Assembly: GCF_003334315.1 (NCBI RefSeq)
Contig: NZ_QOWR01000020.1
DNA from: Escherichia coli
GTDB lineage: Bacteria; Pseudomonadota; Gammaproteobacteria; Enterobacterales; Enterobacteriaceae
Length of the DNA: 64,000 bases
Direction: 5' to 3' (one strand)
Shown here: positions 40,515 through 54,145 of the stretch, in pieces
Layout: each line of letters starts with the position of its first letter
Position numbering within the stretch: the stretch's first letter is position 1
Made by a program: the position numbers and the translations under genes
The notes under the pieces: model-generated
Database searches by the model: none
Seen by the model: the letters and a program-made list of their open reading frames with translations, nothing else
What the model was told of the DNA's origin: nothing

Positions 40515-40751
40515 ATAGTGTGGCTTTTGTGAAAATCACACAGTGATCACAAATTTTAAACAGAGCACAAAATGCTGCCTCGAAATGAGGGCGGGAAAAT
40601 AAGGTTATCAGCCTTGTTTTCTCCCTCATTACTTGAAGGATATGAAGCTAAAACCCTTTTTTATAAAGCATTTGTCCGAATTCGGACATAATCAAAAAAG
40701 CTTAATTAAGATCAATTTGATCTACATCTCTTTAACCAACAATATGTAAGA

Positions 40752-43023
<2,272 letters not shown>

Positions 43024-43031
43024 TCTGACCC

Positions 43032-43065
43032 CGTTCAGCGGCTGCTTGCTGGCAGTCGCTGAACG
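43032..43065 (+). terminator. terminator after katG
   Basis: CGTTCAGCGGCTGCTTGCTGGCAGTCGCTGAACG hairpin followed by TTCTTT. Confidence 0.6.
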
Positions 43066-43115
43066 TTCTTTACCAGCGTATAGTGGGCGAACGAAAACTA
43101 CACACTGGATCTCTC

Positions 43116-44021
43116 ATGTCTGCCGCAGGAAAGAGCAACCCACTGGCAATCAGTGGCCTGGTTGTGCTCACACTTATCTGGAGTTATAGCTGGATTTTCA
43201 TGAAGCAAGTCACCAGTTACATCGGTGCCTTCGACTTTACCGCCTTACGCTGCATTTTCGGCGCTCTCGTTTTATTCATCGTCCTTTTATTACGTGGTCG
43301 CGGAATGCGCCCGACACCGTTTAAATACACCTTAGCCATTGCCCTGTTACAAACCTGCGGGATGGTTGGTCTGGCGCAGTGGGCGTTGGTCAGCGGAGGT
43401 GCGGGGAAGGTGGCGATCCTGAGCTATACCATGCCGTTCTGGGTGGTGATTTTCGCCGCGTTGTTTCTCGGTGAACGCCTGCGACGTGGGCAATATTTCG
43501 CGATTCTGATTGCCGCTTTCGGCTTATTTTTGGTGTTGCAGCCGTGGCAACTCGATTTCTCTTCGATGAAAAGTGCCATGCTGGCAATCCTCTCCGGCGT
43601 CAGTTGGGGGGCGAGCGCGATTGTTGCTAAACGTCTGTATGCCCGTCATCCGCGCGTGGATTTATTGTCGTTAACATCCTGGCAGATGCTGTATGCGGCG
43701 CTGGTGATGAGTGTGGTCGCTTTACTGGTGCCGCAACGTGAAATTGACTGGCAGCCCACCGTGTTCTGGGCGCTGGCCTACAGTGCGATTCTGGCGACGG
43801 CACTGGCGTGGAGCTTATGGTTGTTTGTATTGAAAAACTTGCCTGCCAGTATTGCCAGCTTAAGCACACTGGCCGTTCCCGTTTGCGGCGTACTCTTTTC
43901 CTGGTGGCTGCTCGGCGAGAATCCGGGGGCCGTTGAAGGTAGCGGTATTGTGCTGATTGTGCTGGCACTGGCGCTGGTGAGCCGTAAGAAAAAAGAAGCC
44001 GTCAGTGTAAAAAGGATCTGA
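43116..44021 (+). CDS. yijE: EamA/DMT-family inner membrane transporter
   Basis: 301 aa from [45 protein letters not shown]... Confidence 0.9.
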
Positions 44022-44047
44022 ATTTTTTCTTCATGTGGGGCGATCTC

Positions 44048-44665
44048 TTATTTAACAAAATAACGATAATGCCCCACCATCCGCCAGTTAAACAGCACAT
44101 CTTCTTCCTGCGCGCCTGCGCCAATGTTATGTATCACCAGCGGCGTACCGTCGCGGGCGAAGCCATCTGAAACCACCCCAATATGTGCCAGCCCGTTATC
44201 CAGTCGCCAGGAGACAATATCGCCCGCTTGATAGTCACTGGGGTTCTTGCTGGTGGGGCGTGTTTTATCATGGCGGCTAAACCAGGTTTCCAGATTAGGC
44301 ACCCGACGGTGATCGATGTTGCTGTCCGGGCGCTTTAACTTCCATTTTTGCGGGTACTCAGCAAAATTCTTCGCCATATCTTCGTGAACCAGTTTCTGCA
44401 AATCGACCTTCTGGCTGCGCAATGCGCGGATCACCACATCGGAACATACACCGCGTTCTTGCGGAACATCACCGCCAGGATAAGTAAGCTGCACATACGC
44501 CGGATCGTAAAATAGCGTGCTGCCAATTTGCTGTCTGGCACCGTCTGCGATGGCAAGGTTGGTATTGGCCTGGATTTGTACCACGGTTGGTGGAACGGCG
44601 GGAGATTTTAAGGAGTGGCTGGTAAATGCCGTTAGCAGGCTGAGCAGCGCCAGTGAAGCTTTCAT
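44048..44665 (-). CDS. yijF: DUF1287-family periplasmic protein
   Basis: 205 aa MKASLALLSLLTAFTSHSLKSPAVPPTVVQIQANTNLAIADGARQQ... with signal peptide. Confidence 0.9.
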   Translation of the reverse strand: MKASLALLSLLTAFTSHSLKSPAVPPTVVQIQANTNLAIADGARQQIGSTLFYDPAYVQLTYPGGDVPQERGVCSDVVIRALRSQKVDLQKLVHEDMAKNFAEYPQKWKLKRPDSNIDHRRVPNLETWFSRHDKTRPTSKNPSDYQAGDIVSWRLDNGLAHIGVVSDGFARDGTPLVIHNIGAGAQEEDVLFNWRMVGHYRYFVK

Positions 44666-44796
44666 CTGGTTCGTCCGTGAAAATAAGAGTCACAGATTCG
44701 ACCTTCCGGGCTAACGATTGTTCTGTAGAGAAAATGTCCAGAAGCGGATAAAAAATTCCTGAACAACGTGGGAGTTTCAGATTACTGGCACAGAGT

Positions 44797-44894
44797 GCCG
44801 GATGCGGAGTGAACGCCTTATCCGGCCTACAAAAGCACGCAAATTCAATATATTGCAGAGATTGCGTAGGCCTGATAAGCGTAGCGCATCAGGC
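44797..44894. repeat. BIME/RIP-type element between yijF and gldA
   Basis: GCCGGATGCGGAGTGAACGCCTTATCCGGCCTAC ... linker GCAAATTCAATATATTGCAGAG ... GTAGGCCTGATAAGCGTAGCGCATCAGGC. Confidence 0.8.
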
Positions 44895-44939
44895 AATTTT
44901 GCGTTCAAACTCCCGGACAAGCCGGGAGTTTGGAGTAGG

Positions 44940-46043
44940 TTATTCCCACTCTTGCAGGAAACGCTGACCGTACTGGTCGGCTACCAGCAGAGCGGCGTAA
45001 ACCTGATCTGGCGTCGCGCCGCCAGGCATGTTGTGAATGGTTTCACCTTCTGCACATGCCGCTTCTGCCACAATTCGCATTTTCGCCGGGACATCTTCTT
45101 TAATATCCAGTTGAGCGAGAGTTATTGGCAAACCTACCGCATGGCTAAGGGCAGCTACGGTTTCGATTTCCTCCACCGGCGCATTTTCCAGAACCAGCTG
45201 CGTCAGCGTACCGAATGCCACTTTTTCACCGTGATAATAGTGATGCGCGTCCGGGATAGCGGTCAGGCCGTTATGCACTGCGTGCGCCGCAGCCAGACCA
45301 CCACTTTCAAAACCAACACCGCTCAAATAGGTGTTCGCTTCAATCACGCGCTCCAGCGCCGGAGTCACTACATGCTGTTCGGCAGCAAGCATCGCTTTTT
45401 CGCCTTCTTCCAGCAGGGTGTTGTAGCACAGTTCAGCCAGTGCCAGCGCAGCCTGGGTGCACTTGCCGCCCGCCATGGTGGTCGCGCCGCTACGAGAGCA
45501 GGCACGCGCTTCAAACCAGGTTGCCAGCGCATCGCCGATACCCGCCGCTAACAGACGTGCAGGTGCGCCAGCGACGATTTTGGTGTCGACAATGACCATA
45601 TTCGGGTTATTTGGCAACAGCAGATAGCGGTCAAACTCACCCTCATCGGTGTAGATAACAGACAATGCGCTGCACGGTGCATCGGTAGAGGCGATAGTCG
45701 GTGCGATCGCTACCGGAACACCCATGAAATGTGCCAGTGCTTTGGCAGTATCGAGGGTTTTTCCGCCACCGATACCGAGAATTGCGCCACACTGCGCAGT
45801 CTCCGCGATGCCACGCAGACGGTCGATCTCATTTTGCGAACATTCACCGCCAAACGGCGCAATTTCTACTACCAGTCCAGCATCTTTAAAGCTTTTCTCG
45901 ACAGTGGATTGAGCAAAACCTAAAACAAATTTGTCACCCACCACTAACCAGCGTTCTGCCAGCGGCTTCAGGTATTCGCCCAGACGATTAATCACATCAG
46001 CGCCCTGGATGTATTTACCCGGTGATTGAATAATGCGGTCCAT
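44940..46043 (-). CDS. gldA: glycerol dehydrogenase
   Basis: 367 aa from [45 protein letters not shown]... Confidence 0.95.
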
Positions 46044-46053
46044 AATTGCTCCT

Positions 46054-46716
46054 TTAGAGATGAGTAGTGCCAAATGCGGCATTCCAGTCGTGTTCGAACT
46101 TCTCTATAGCTGACTCTACCGCAGGGGTGTTGAGCATTTGTTGCGCTACATCTAAGGGCAGGGTGATGGATTCACATCCTGCCAGTAAACAGTCCAGCGC
46201 CTGACGCGGCGTTTTAAAGCTGGCCGCCAGCACCATGCTTTCTGGCGCGTGCATTTCTAACAGCGTTTGCAGCTCCTGAACCGTACGAATGCCGTCCCCG
46301 CCCTGGGCATCTACGCGGTTAACATACGCAGCAACGTATTTTGCCCCTGCCAGTGCGGCTAATAACCCTTGTGCGGCGCTATATACAGCGGTGCCAAGTG
46401 TAGTAATACCCTCTTTTTTCAGCAACTTAATGGCGGCCAGACCTTCGGAAGTCACCGGGATTTTCACCACAATGCCCGGAATGGCGTCGCGCAGGCGCTT
46501 CGCTTCTTCCACCATACCCTGCGCGTCACGACTCATAGTCTGAGCAAACAGAATGCCCTCATCACCAATCGCTTTTTGCAGACGCGGCAGCACTTCCCAG
46601 ATGGACTCCTTGCTGGCAGCGATAATGCTCGGGTTAGTTGTCACCCCGGCAATGGGGAATATGCGTGCCAGACGTTCGACTTCTGCGACGTTAGCGGTGT
46701 CCAGATACAGTTCCAT
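46054..46716 (-). CDS. fsaB: fructose-6-phosphate aldolase 2
   Basis: 220 aa [46 protein letters not shown]... Confidence 0.95.
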
Positions 46717-46727
46717 GATGTTTCCTT

Positions 46728-49229
46728 TTACAGTTCCAGTTCATGTTGCAGCAGGCTGGCGATAGCGTCGGCAGAGGCGGCGTTAACCAGCGCGTTACGG
46801 AATTCTTCGTGCATGATGCGGCGAGCGAGGCGCGAGAAAATGCGCATATGCTGATCGCCCGCAGCGTGTTTGTTCAGGGTTAACATAATGATGAATTGCG
46901 CTTCATCATCGCCCCAGCGCACCGGCGCTTGCAGACGCGCTACGCTGATGGTGGATTGCTCAATGTGTTCTGATTTGCTGTGGGGAATGGCAAAACTAAA
47001 GCCCAGACCGGTAGAGAAAACGGCCTCGCGCGCCCATAAGTCGGCTTCCAGTTTACGCGGATAGCGGCAGCGGCCCGCCAGCAGCAGGTTATCGGTCATG
47101 CCTTTGAGCACTTCTTCTTTGCTGCGCCAGTCACTTTCCAGCGTGATGCACTCGGCGGTGACCAGCGGTGCGTCCTGTTGGGTCATGCGGAATTGCGCCA
47201 GCAGATGTTCCACTTCCAGCGAAGTACGGCAGGCCATTGCCTGGTTGAGCAACTGGCGGCACTCACGGCTATCAAGTTGCGCCATTCGCGCTTTCGCCGC
47301 CGGAATTGACGGTGCGCTCATGCTGAGTTCATCCAGCCCTAAACCGACCAGCAACGGCAGCACGGAACCTTTCGCTCCCAGCTCACCGCACAGACCAATC
47401 CATTTGCCCTGGCGATGCACCGCCTGCACGGCGTAATCGAGCGCCCGCAAGAATGCCGGATTCAGGCTGTTGTAGTGACGAGTAACCTTAGCGTTATCGC
47501 GATCCACCGCCAGCAGATATTGCGTCAGGTCATTACTACCAATACTAAAGAAATCAATCTCTTCGCAGCATTGATCGATGATGAACATCACCGACGGCAC
47601 TTCCAGCATAATGCCGAGCTGGATCTTCTCATCAAACGGAATGTGTTCGTTACGCAGTTGCTGTTTGGCTTCCGCCAGTTTTTCTTTCACCCATAAGATC
47701 TCTTCCATTGAGGAGATCATCGGGATCATGATTTTCAGGCTGCCGTGAGCAGAGGCGCGCAGGATTGACCGTAGTTGTGTGGTAAACAACGACGCGTATT
47801 CTTCATAAATACGCACCGCGCGATAACCGAGGAACGGGTTAGCTTCTGCCGGAATGTTCAGATAATCAACGGGTTTATCACCGCCAATGTCCATAGTGCG
47901 CACAATAATGCTGCGTCCGTTGGCAGACTCCAGCGCCTGACAAAAAATGTTGTACAGCTCGCTTTCACCCGGTGCACTGGTGCGATCCATATAGAGCATT
48001 TCAGTGCGGAACAAACCAACGCCTTCCGCACCATTGCCGAATGCGGCCTGCGCTTCCACGGAGTGAGCGATGTTAGCGGCAATTTCAATACGGATACCGT
48101 CAGCGGTACGGGCTTGTTGGGTCAGCCAGACACGCTGTTGCTCACGAAGGGCGTCCTGTACGCGGGCTTCTTGCTGATAATAACGAGCTACGGCTTCCCC
48201 TGGCTCAACCACAATCGCCCTAGCGTTGCCGTCGATATAAATCGTTTGATGCTGCCACGGAGTGAGGGCATCAATATCCACACCAACCAGTGTCGGAATG
48301 TTGAACGAACGGGCAAGGATCACCGTATGTGAGGTGGTGCCGCCGCTTTTGAGCAACAATCCTTTGAGGTGATTTTTATCCAGTTCGAGGAACTGGCTGG
48401 GGGTCAGTTCATCAGCCATACAAATGGCGGGCTGCGTCAGTTTTCCCGGTGCCGGGAAGCGTTGCTCACCGTAGATTTGCTGGAGTAACTGGAAGCAGAC
48501 GTCGCGTACGTCCAGGGCACGTTCTTGCAGGTAGCTGCTGCTGGAACGGGAAAACTCTTCGCAAAAGTGATTCGCGCTGGCAACAATTGCTTCGGCGCAG
48601 CTTAATCCGGCGCTGACGCCTGCCAGTAAATGTTCGCGCAGGGAAGTATCGCCAGCCAGGGATCGGTGAGCTTCCAGAATCGCGCTGGTAGCACCGTCGC
48701 TATCCAGCAGACGAAACTCAATGTTTTTCAGTACCAGCGTCAGGCCGTTTTCCAGTGCGGATTGCTCGGCGTCAACGCCTTTGGCTGCGGGAAGATTACC
48801 CAGCGCATTGAGATCTAAAGAAGAGATCGGCGTCAGAATGCCGCCTGCACTACCGCTGCACACGGTGCGGGCGCGGATAATTTGCGGATTCAGATTGGTC
48901 AGTGAAACCGGCAGTGGTTCCAGTTCGTCAGATTTAACTTCCGCCAGCGGCGCATCGCAGTGGGGGAATTCATCGCGCAGCCATTGGCTTAAACGCTGGT
49001 GCGCTTCCTGTTCGTCGGCCCCGGAAATCAGTAACTGGCAGTTATCGCCCGCCAGCGTATCGGTGCCAATCAGCGCAAGGGCGCTTTTGGCGTTGCCCTT
49101 GCGGTCAGTGCGCAGGTTATGCCACTCAATTTGTGATGAAAAAGTATTACACAGCGTTTCAACGTGGCTTGCCGGACGCGCATGTACGCCGTTAGGTAGC
49201 TCACAAATAAATTCCACAATCAGGGCCAT
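46728..49229 (-). CDS. ptsA: PTS multiphosphoryl transfer protein (fused EI/HPr/EIIA-like)
   Basis: 833 aa [51 protein letters not shown]... with HPr-like N-terminus and EI PEP-utilising domain. Confidence 0.93.
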   Translation of the reverse strand: MALIVEFICELPNGVHARPASHVETLCNTFSSQIEWHNLRTDRKGNAKSALALIGTDTLAGDNCQLLISGADEQEAHQRLSQWLRDEFPHCDAPLAEVKSDELEPLPVSLTNLNPQIIRARTVCSGSAGGILTPISSLDLNALGNLPAAKGVDAEQSALENGLTLVLKNIEFRLLDSDGATSAILEAHRSLAGDTSLREHLLAGVSAGLSCAEAIVASANHFCEEFSRSSSSYLQERALDVRDVCFQLLQQIYGEQRFPAPGKLTQPAICMADELTPSQFLELDKNHLKGLLLKSGGTTSHTVILARSFNIPTLVGVDIDALTPWQHQTIYIDGNARAIVVEPGEAVARYYQQEARVQDALREQQRVWLTQQARTADGIRIEIAANIAHSVEAQAAFGNGAEGVGLFRTEMLYMDRTSAPGESELYNIFCQALESANGRSIIVRTMDIGGDKPVDYLNIPAEANPFLGYRAVRIYEEYASLFTTQLRSILRASAHGSLKIMIPMISSMEEILWVKEKLAEAKQQLRNEHIPFDEKIQLGIMLEVPSVMFIIDQCCEEIDFFSIGSNDLTQYLLAVDRDNAKVTRHYNSLNPAFLRALDYAVQAVHRQGKWIGLCGELGAKGSVLPLLVGLGLDELSMSAPSIPAAKARMAQLDSRECRQLLNQAMACRTSLEVEHLLAQFRMTQQDAPLVTAECITLESDWRSKEEVLKGMTDNLLLAGRCRYPRKLEADLWAREAVFSTGLGFSFAIPHSKSEHIEQSTISVARLQAPVRWGDDEAQFIIMLTLNKHAAGDQHMRIFSRLARRIMHEEFRNALVNAASADAIASLLQHELEL

Positions 49230-49537
49230 TGCCTCTCTCCCGGTACGGTTTTCTGTTTACAGGATAAGAGCGCACGGCAACGGCCTGCCATGTGACAAAT
49301 CTGCCAAAAGCTGGACAAATGTAATGTAACCGTCAATTTGCGACGCGTCTCACAAGACGCTGTTTTGCGGCATGCTTCCGGTTTATCGCAAGTTATGAGG
49401 CGGATCGCATTTTTGTACTGATATTACAAAAGTCCAGTAAATGGCCTTTTTATCCACTGTTTGCTCCGCCTGCGATTGCCTATTGTTTCCTCCATCAAAA
49501 ATATGGACATGGGCTTTCGCAAGCCCGGGAGCAGCTT

Positions 49538-50617
49538 ATGAATGAGTTGGTGCAGATCCTGAAAAATACCCGTCAGCATTTAATGACGGGCGTTTCACAC
49601 ATGATTCCCTTCGTGGTATCGGGCGGTATTTTGCTGGCGGTTTCCGTCATGTTGTATGGCAAAGGCGCAGTGCCGGATGCCGTAGCCGATCCAAATCTGA
49701 AAAAACTGTTTGATATCGGCGTTGCGGGCTTGACGCTGATGGTGCCTTTCCTCGCAGCGTACATCGGTTATTCCATTGCAGAGCGTTCTGCGCTGGCTCC
49801 GTGCGCTATCGGTGCCTGGGTTGGTAACAGCTTTGGTGCGGGCTTCTTTGGTGCACTGATCGCCGGGATTATCGGCGGCATCGTGGTGCATTACCTGAAG
49901 AAAATTCCGGTGCATAAAGTTCTGCGCTCGGTGATGCCTATCTTCATTATTCCTATCGTCGGCACACTGATTACCGCAGGCATCATGATGTGGGGCTTGG
50001 GCGAGCCTGTAGGGGCGTTGACCAACAGCCTGACTCAGTGGCTTCAGGGGATGCAGCAGGGCAGCATTGTTATGCTGGCGGTGATCATGGGTCTGATGCT
50101 GGCGTTCGATATGGGCGGTCCGGTTAACAAAGTGGCCTATGCCTTCATGCTGATTTGCGTTGCTCAGGGTGTTTATACCGTGGTGGCCATCGCTGCCGTG
50201 GGTATTTGTATCCCGCCGCTGGGGATGGGGCTGGCGACGCTGATTGGTCGTAAAAATTTCTCCGCAGAAGAGCGCGAAACCGGCAAAGCGGCACTGGTGA
50301 TGGGCTGTGTTGGCGTTACTGAAGGGGCGATTCCTTTCGCCGCTGCCGATCCGCTGCGTGTCATTCCTTCCATCATGGTCGGTTCAGTTTGTGGTGCAGT
50401 AACTGCGGCGCTGGTCGGTGCGCAGTGCTATGCAGGCTGGGGTGGTCTGATTGTGCTGCCGGTGGTTGAAGGCAAGCTGGGTTATATCGCAGCAGTGGCT
50501 GTCGGAGCAGTGGTGACGGCTGTTTGTGTGAACGTGCTGAAAAGTCTGGCGCGTAAAAATGGGTCTTCGACTGATGAAAAAGAAGACGACCTGGATTTGG
50601 ATTTTGAAATTAATTAA
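49538..50617 (+). CDS. frwC: PTS fructose-like EIIC component
   Basis: 359 aa MNELVQILKNTRQHLMTGVSHMIPFVVSGGILLAVSVMLYGKGAV... Confidence 0.95.
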   Translation: MNELVQILKNTRQHLMTGVSHMIPFVVSGGILLAVSVMLYGKGAVPDAVADPNLKKLFDIGVAGLTLMVPFLAAYIGYSIAERSALAPCAIGAWVGNSFGAGFFGALIAGIIGGIVVHYLKKIPVHKVLRSVMPIFIIPIVGTLITAGIMMWGLGEPVGALTNSLTQWLQGMQQGSIVMLAVIMGLMLAFDMGGPVNKVAYAFMLICVAQGVYTVVAIAAVGICIPPLGMGLATLIGRKNFSAEERETGKAALVMGCVGVTEGAIPFAAADPLRVIPSIMVGSVCGAVTAALVGAQCYAGWGGLIVLPVVEGKLGYIAAVAVGAVVTAVCVNVLKSLARKNGSSTDEKEDDLDLDFEIN

Positions 50618-50631
50618 TTGAGGAACGAGCC

Positions 50632-50952
50632 ATGACGAAAATTATTGCAGTAACCGCATGTCCTTCAGGTGTTGCCCATACCTATATGGCAGCAGAGGCG
50701 CTGGAAAGTGCCGCGAAAGCGAAAGGCTGGGAAGTGAAAGTAGAAACCCAGGGGTCAATTGGTCTGGAAAATGAACTGACTGCGGAAGATGTGGCGAGCG
50801 CTGATATGGTGATTCTGACCAAAGATATCGGCATCAAGTTTGAAGAGCGTTTTGCTGGCAAGACCATCGTGCGCGTCAACATCAGCGATGCAGTAAAACG
50901 TGCTGACGCCATTATGAGCAAAATTGAAGCTCACCTGGCGCAAACCGCTTAA
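50632..50952 (+). CDS. frwB: PTS fructose-like EIIB component
   Basis: 106 aa MTKIIAVTACPSGVAHTYMAAEALESAAKAKGWEVKVETQGSIG... Confidence 0.95.
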   Translation: MTKIIAVTACPSGVAHTYMAAEALESAAKAKGWEVKVETQGSIGLENELTAEDVASADMVILTKDIGIKFEERFAGKTIVRVNISDAVKRADAIMSKIEAHLAQTA

Positions 50953-51002
50953 GTTCTTCTCCCGCTCGCAAGGGCGGGTTCGCTTTCCCACAGGAGTTCC
51001 TC

Positions 51003-53300
51003 ATGACGAATCGTATCTCTCGCCTCAAAACTGCACTGTTTGCCAATACCCGTGAAATCTCGCTGGAGCGGGCGCTGCTTTATACCGCCAGCCATCGGCA
51101 AACCGAAGGCGAACCGGTGATATTGCGCCGGGCGAAAGCAACAGCGTATATCCTTGAACATGTTGAAATTTCGATTCGTGATGAAGAACTGATTGCCGGT
51201 AACCGCACCGTAAAACCGCGCGCCGGGATTATGTCGCCGGAAATGGACCCTTACTGGCTGCTGAAAGAGCTGGATCAATTCCCGACGCGTCCGCAGGACC
51301 GCTTTGCTATCAGCGAAGAAGATAAACGTATCTACCGTGAAGAGTTGTTCCCGTACTGGGAAAAACGTTCGATGAAAGATTTCATCAACGGGCAGATGAC
51401 AGATGAAGTAAAAGCCGCGACCAACACGCAGATTTTCAGCATCAACCAGACGGATAAAGGCCAGGGGCACATTATTATTGATTACCCACGCCTGTTGAAT
51501 CACGGGCTGGGTGAGCTGGTGGCACAGATGCAGCAACATTGTCAGCAACAGCCGGAGAATCACTTTTATCAGGCCGCGTTGTTACTGCTGGAAGCCTCGC
51601 AGAAACACATTTTGCGTTACGCCGAACTGGCGGAAACGATGGCGGCAAACTGCACAGATGCCCAGCGTCGCGAAGAGCTGCTGACTATTGCAGAGATCTC
51701 CCGCCATAACGCGCAACATAAGCCGCAGACGTTCTGGCAGGCGTGCCAGTTATTCTGGTACATGAACATCATTCTGCAATACGAATCCAACGCCAGTTCG
51801 CTATCGTTGGGGCGCTTCGACCAGTATATGTTGCCGTTCTATCAGACATCATTAACCCAGGGCGAAGATGCGGCGTTCCTGAAAGAACTGCTCGAATCTT
51901 TATGGGTGAAATGCAACGACATCGTGCTGTTGCGCTCCACCAGTAGCGCGCGTTATTTCGCCGGTTTCCCGACCGGCTATACCGCACTGCTCGGCGGGTT
52001 AACCGAGAACGGACGTAGCGCGGTGAACGTGCTTTCGTTCCTTTGCCTTGACGCCTATCAAAGCGTGCAATTACCGCAACCGAACCTCGGCGTGCGCACT
52101 AACGCCTTGATCGACACGCCGTTCCTGATGAAAACCGCCGAAACCATTCGCTTCGGCACCGGTATTCCGCAAATCTTTAACGATGAAGTGGTGGTGCCAG
52201 CGTTCCTCAACCGTGGCGTTTCGCTGGAAGATGCGCGCGACTATTCCGTAGTGGGCTGTGTGGAATTATCTATTCCCGGCAGAACCTACGGCTTGCATGA
52301 CATCGCGATGTTTAATCTGCTGAAAGTGATGGAAATCTGCCTGCATGAAAATGAAGGCAATGCTGCGCTGACTTATGAAGGTTTACTGGAGCAGATCCGC
52401 GCCAAGATCAGCCACTACATCACCCTGATGGTTGAGGGCAGCAATATTTGTGATATCGGCCATCGCGACTGGGCACCTGTACCGCTGCTCTCATCGTTTA
52501 TCAGCGATTGTCTGGAAAAAGGCCGCGATATTACCGATGGCGGCGCGCGTTATAACTTCTCCGGCGTACAGGGGATCGGTATCGCCAACCTGAGCGATTC
52601 TCTCCATGCGTTGAAAGGGATGGTTTTTGAGCAACAGCGTTTAAGTTTTGACGAATTGCTGTCGGTATTAAAAGCCAACTTCGCAACGCCAGAAGGCGAA
52701 AAAGTCCGCGCTCGCTTAATTAACCGCTTCGAGAAATACGGTAACGATATCGACGAGGTGGATAACATCAGCGCCGAACTGTTGCGCCACTACTGCAAAG
52801 AAGTGGAAAAATACCAGAACCCGCGCGGCGGCTACTTCACGCCGGGATCGTATACCGTTTCTGCTCACGTCCCGTTGGGATCGGTGGTTGGCGCGACGCC
52901 AGACGGTCGTTTTGCCGGAGAACAGCTGGCAGACGGCGGCTTGTCACCCATGCTGGGCCAGGACGCACAAGGGCCAACAGCGGTACTGAAGTCAGTCAGT
53001 AAGCTCGATAACACGCTGCTGTCTAACGGTACGTTGCTGAACGTGAAATTCACTCCGGCGACCCTGGAAGGTGAAGCAGGATTACGCAAACTGGCCGACT
53101 TCTTACGGGCGTTTACCCAGCTTAAGTTACAACATATTCAGTTTAACGTGGTGAACGCCGACACGTTGCGGGAAGCGCAACAGCGCCCACAAGATTATGC
53201 CGGGCTGGTGGTGCGCGTTGCCGGATACAGCGCCTTCTTTGTCGAACTGTCGAAGGAGATCCAGGATGACATCATCCGCCGGACAGCGCATCAGCTGTAA
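51003..53300 (+). CDS. pflD: glycyl-radical enzyme, pyruvate formate-lyase paralogue (formate acetyltransferase 2)
   Basis: 765 aa MTNRISRLKTALFANTREISLERALLYTASHRQTEGEPVILRRAKA...; C-terminal glycyl radical motif RVAGYSAFFVEL. Confidence 0.95.
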   Translation: MTNRISRLKTALFANTREISLERALLYTASHRQTEGEPVILRRAKATAYILEHVEISIRDEELIAGNRTVKPRAGIMSPEMDPYWLLKELDQFPTRPQDRFAISEEDKRIYREELFPYWEKRSMKDFINGQMTDEVKAATNTQIFSINQTDKGQGHIIIDYPRLLNHGLGELVAQMQQHCQQQPENHFYQAALLLLEASQKHILRYAELAETMAANCTDAQRREELLTIAEISRHNAQHKPQTFWQACQLFWYMNIILQYESNASSLSLGRFDQYMLPFYQTSLTQGEDAAFLKELLESLWVKCNDIVLLRSTSSARYFAGFPTGYTALLGGLTENGRSAVNVLSFLCLDAYQSVQLPQPNLGVRTNALIDTPFLMKTAETIRFGTGIPQIFNDEVVVPAFLNRGVSLEDARDYSVVGCVELSIPGRTYGLHDIAMFNLLKVMEICLHENEGNAALTYEGLLEQIRAKISHYITLMVEGSNICDIGHRDWAPVPLLSSFISDCLEKGRDITDGGARYNFSGVQGIGIANLSDSLHALKGMVFEQQRLSFDELLSVLKANFATPEGEKVRARLINRFEKYGNDIDEVDNISAELLRHYCKEVEKYQNPRGGYFTPGSYTVSAHVPLGSVVGATPDGRFAGEQLADGGLSPMLGQDAQGPTAVLKSVSKLDNTLLSNGTLLNVKFTPATLEGEAGLRKLADFLRAFTQLKLQHIQFNVVNADTLREAQQRPQDYAGLVVRVAGYSAFFVELSKEIQDDIIRRTAHQL

Positions 53301-54144
53301 CGTTGTGGAAACGCGCCGCGATGATGTGGCGCGCATTTTCAACATTCAGCGTTATTCACTGAATGACGGCGAGGGCATTCGTACGGTGGTCTTTTTTAAA
53401 GGCTGTCCGCATCTTTGCCCGTGGTGTGCTAATCCGGAGTCGATCTCCGGCAAAATCCAGACGGTACGCAGAGAGGCGAAATGTCTGCACTGTGCGAAAT
53501 GTTTGCGTGATGCGGATGAATGCCCCTCCGGGGCGTTTGAACGGATTGGTCGCGATATCAGCCTTGACGCTCTGGAACGGGAAGTGATGAAAGATGACAT
53601 TTTCTTTCGCACGTCCGGCGGCGGCGTCACGCTTTCTGGCGGCGAAGTGTTAATGCAGGCGGAGTTTGCTACCCGTTTTTTACAGCGACTGCGGCTGTGG
53701 GGTGTGTCATGCGCCATTGAAACTGCCGGAGACGCACCAGCCAGCAAGCTATTACCGCTGGCGAAATTGTGCGATGAAGTGTTGTTCGATTTAAAAATTA
53801 TGGACGCGACTCAGGCGCGGGATGTGGTGAAGATGAACCTGCCACGCGTGCTGGAGAATCTGCGTTTGCTGGTGAGTGAGGGCGTCAACGTGATCCCGCG
53901 TTTACCGCTGATCCCTGGTTTCACGCTCAGCCGGGAGAATATGCAGCAGGCGCTGGATGTACTGATCCCGCTGAATATCAGGCAGATCCATCTGTTACCG
54001 TTTCATCAGTACGGCGAACCGAAATACCGCCTGCTGGGGAAAACATGGTCGATGAAAGAGGTGCCTGCGCCGTCGTCAGCTGATGTGGCAACGATGCGCG
54101 AAATGGCAGAACGGGCCGGACTTCAGGTTACCGTGGGAGGTTAA
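53266..54144 (+). CDS. pflC: glycyl-radical enzyme activase (radical SAM)
   Basis: 292 aa from MTSSAGQRISCNVVETRRDDVARIFNIQRYSLNDGEGIRTVVFFKGCPHLCPWCANPES...; CxxxCxxC cluster; start overlaps pflD 3' end by 35 nt. Confidence 0.9.
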   Translation: MTSSAGQRISCNVVETRRDDVARIFNIQRYSLNDGEGIRTVVFFKGCPHLCPWCANPESISGKIQTVRREAKCLHCAKCLRDADECPSGAFERIGRDISLDALEREVMKDDIFFRTSGGGVTLSGGEVLMQAEFATRFLQRLRLWGVSCAIETAGDAPASKLLPLAKLCDEVLFDLKIMDATQARDVVKMNLPRVLENLRLLVSEGVNVIPRLPLIPGFTLSRENMQQALDVLIPLNIRQIHLLPFHQYGEPKYRLLGKTWSMKEVPAPSSADVATMREMAERAGLQVTVGG

Positions 54145-54145
54145 A

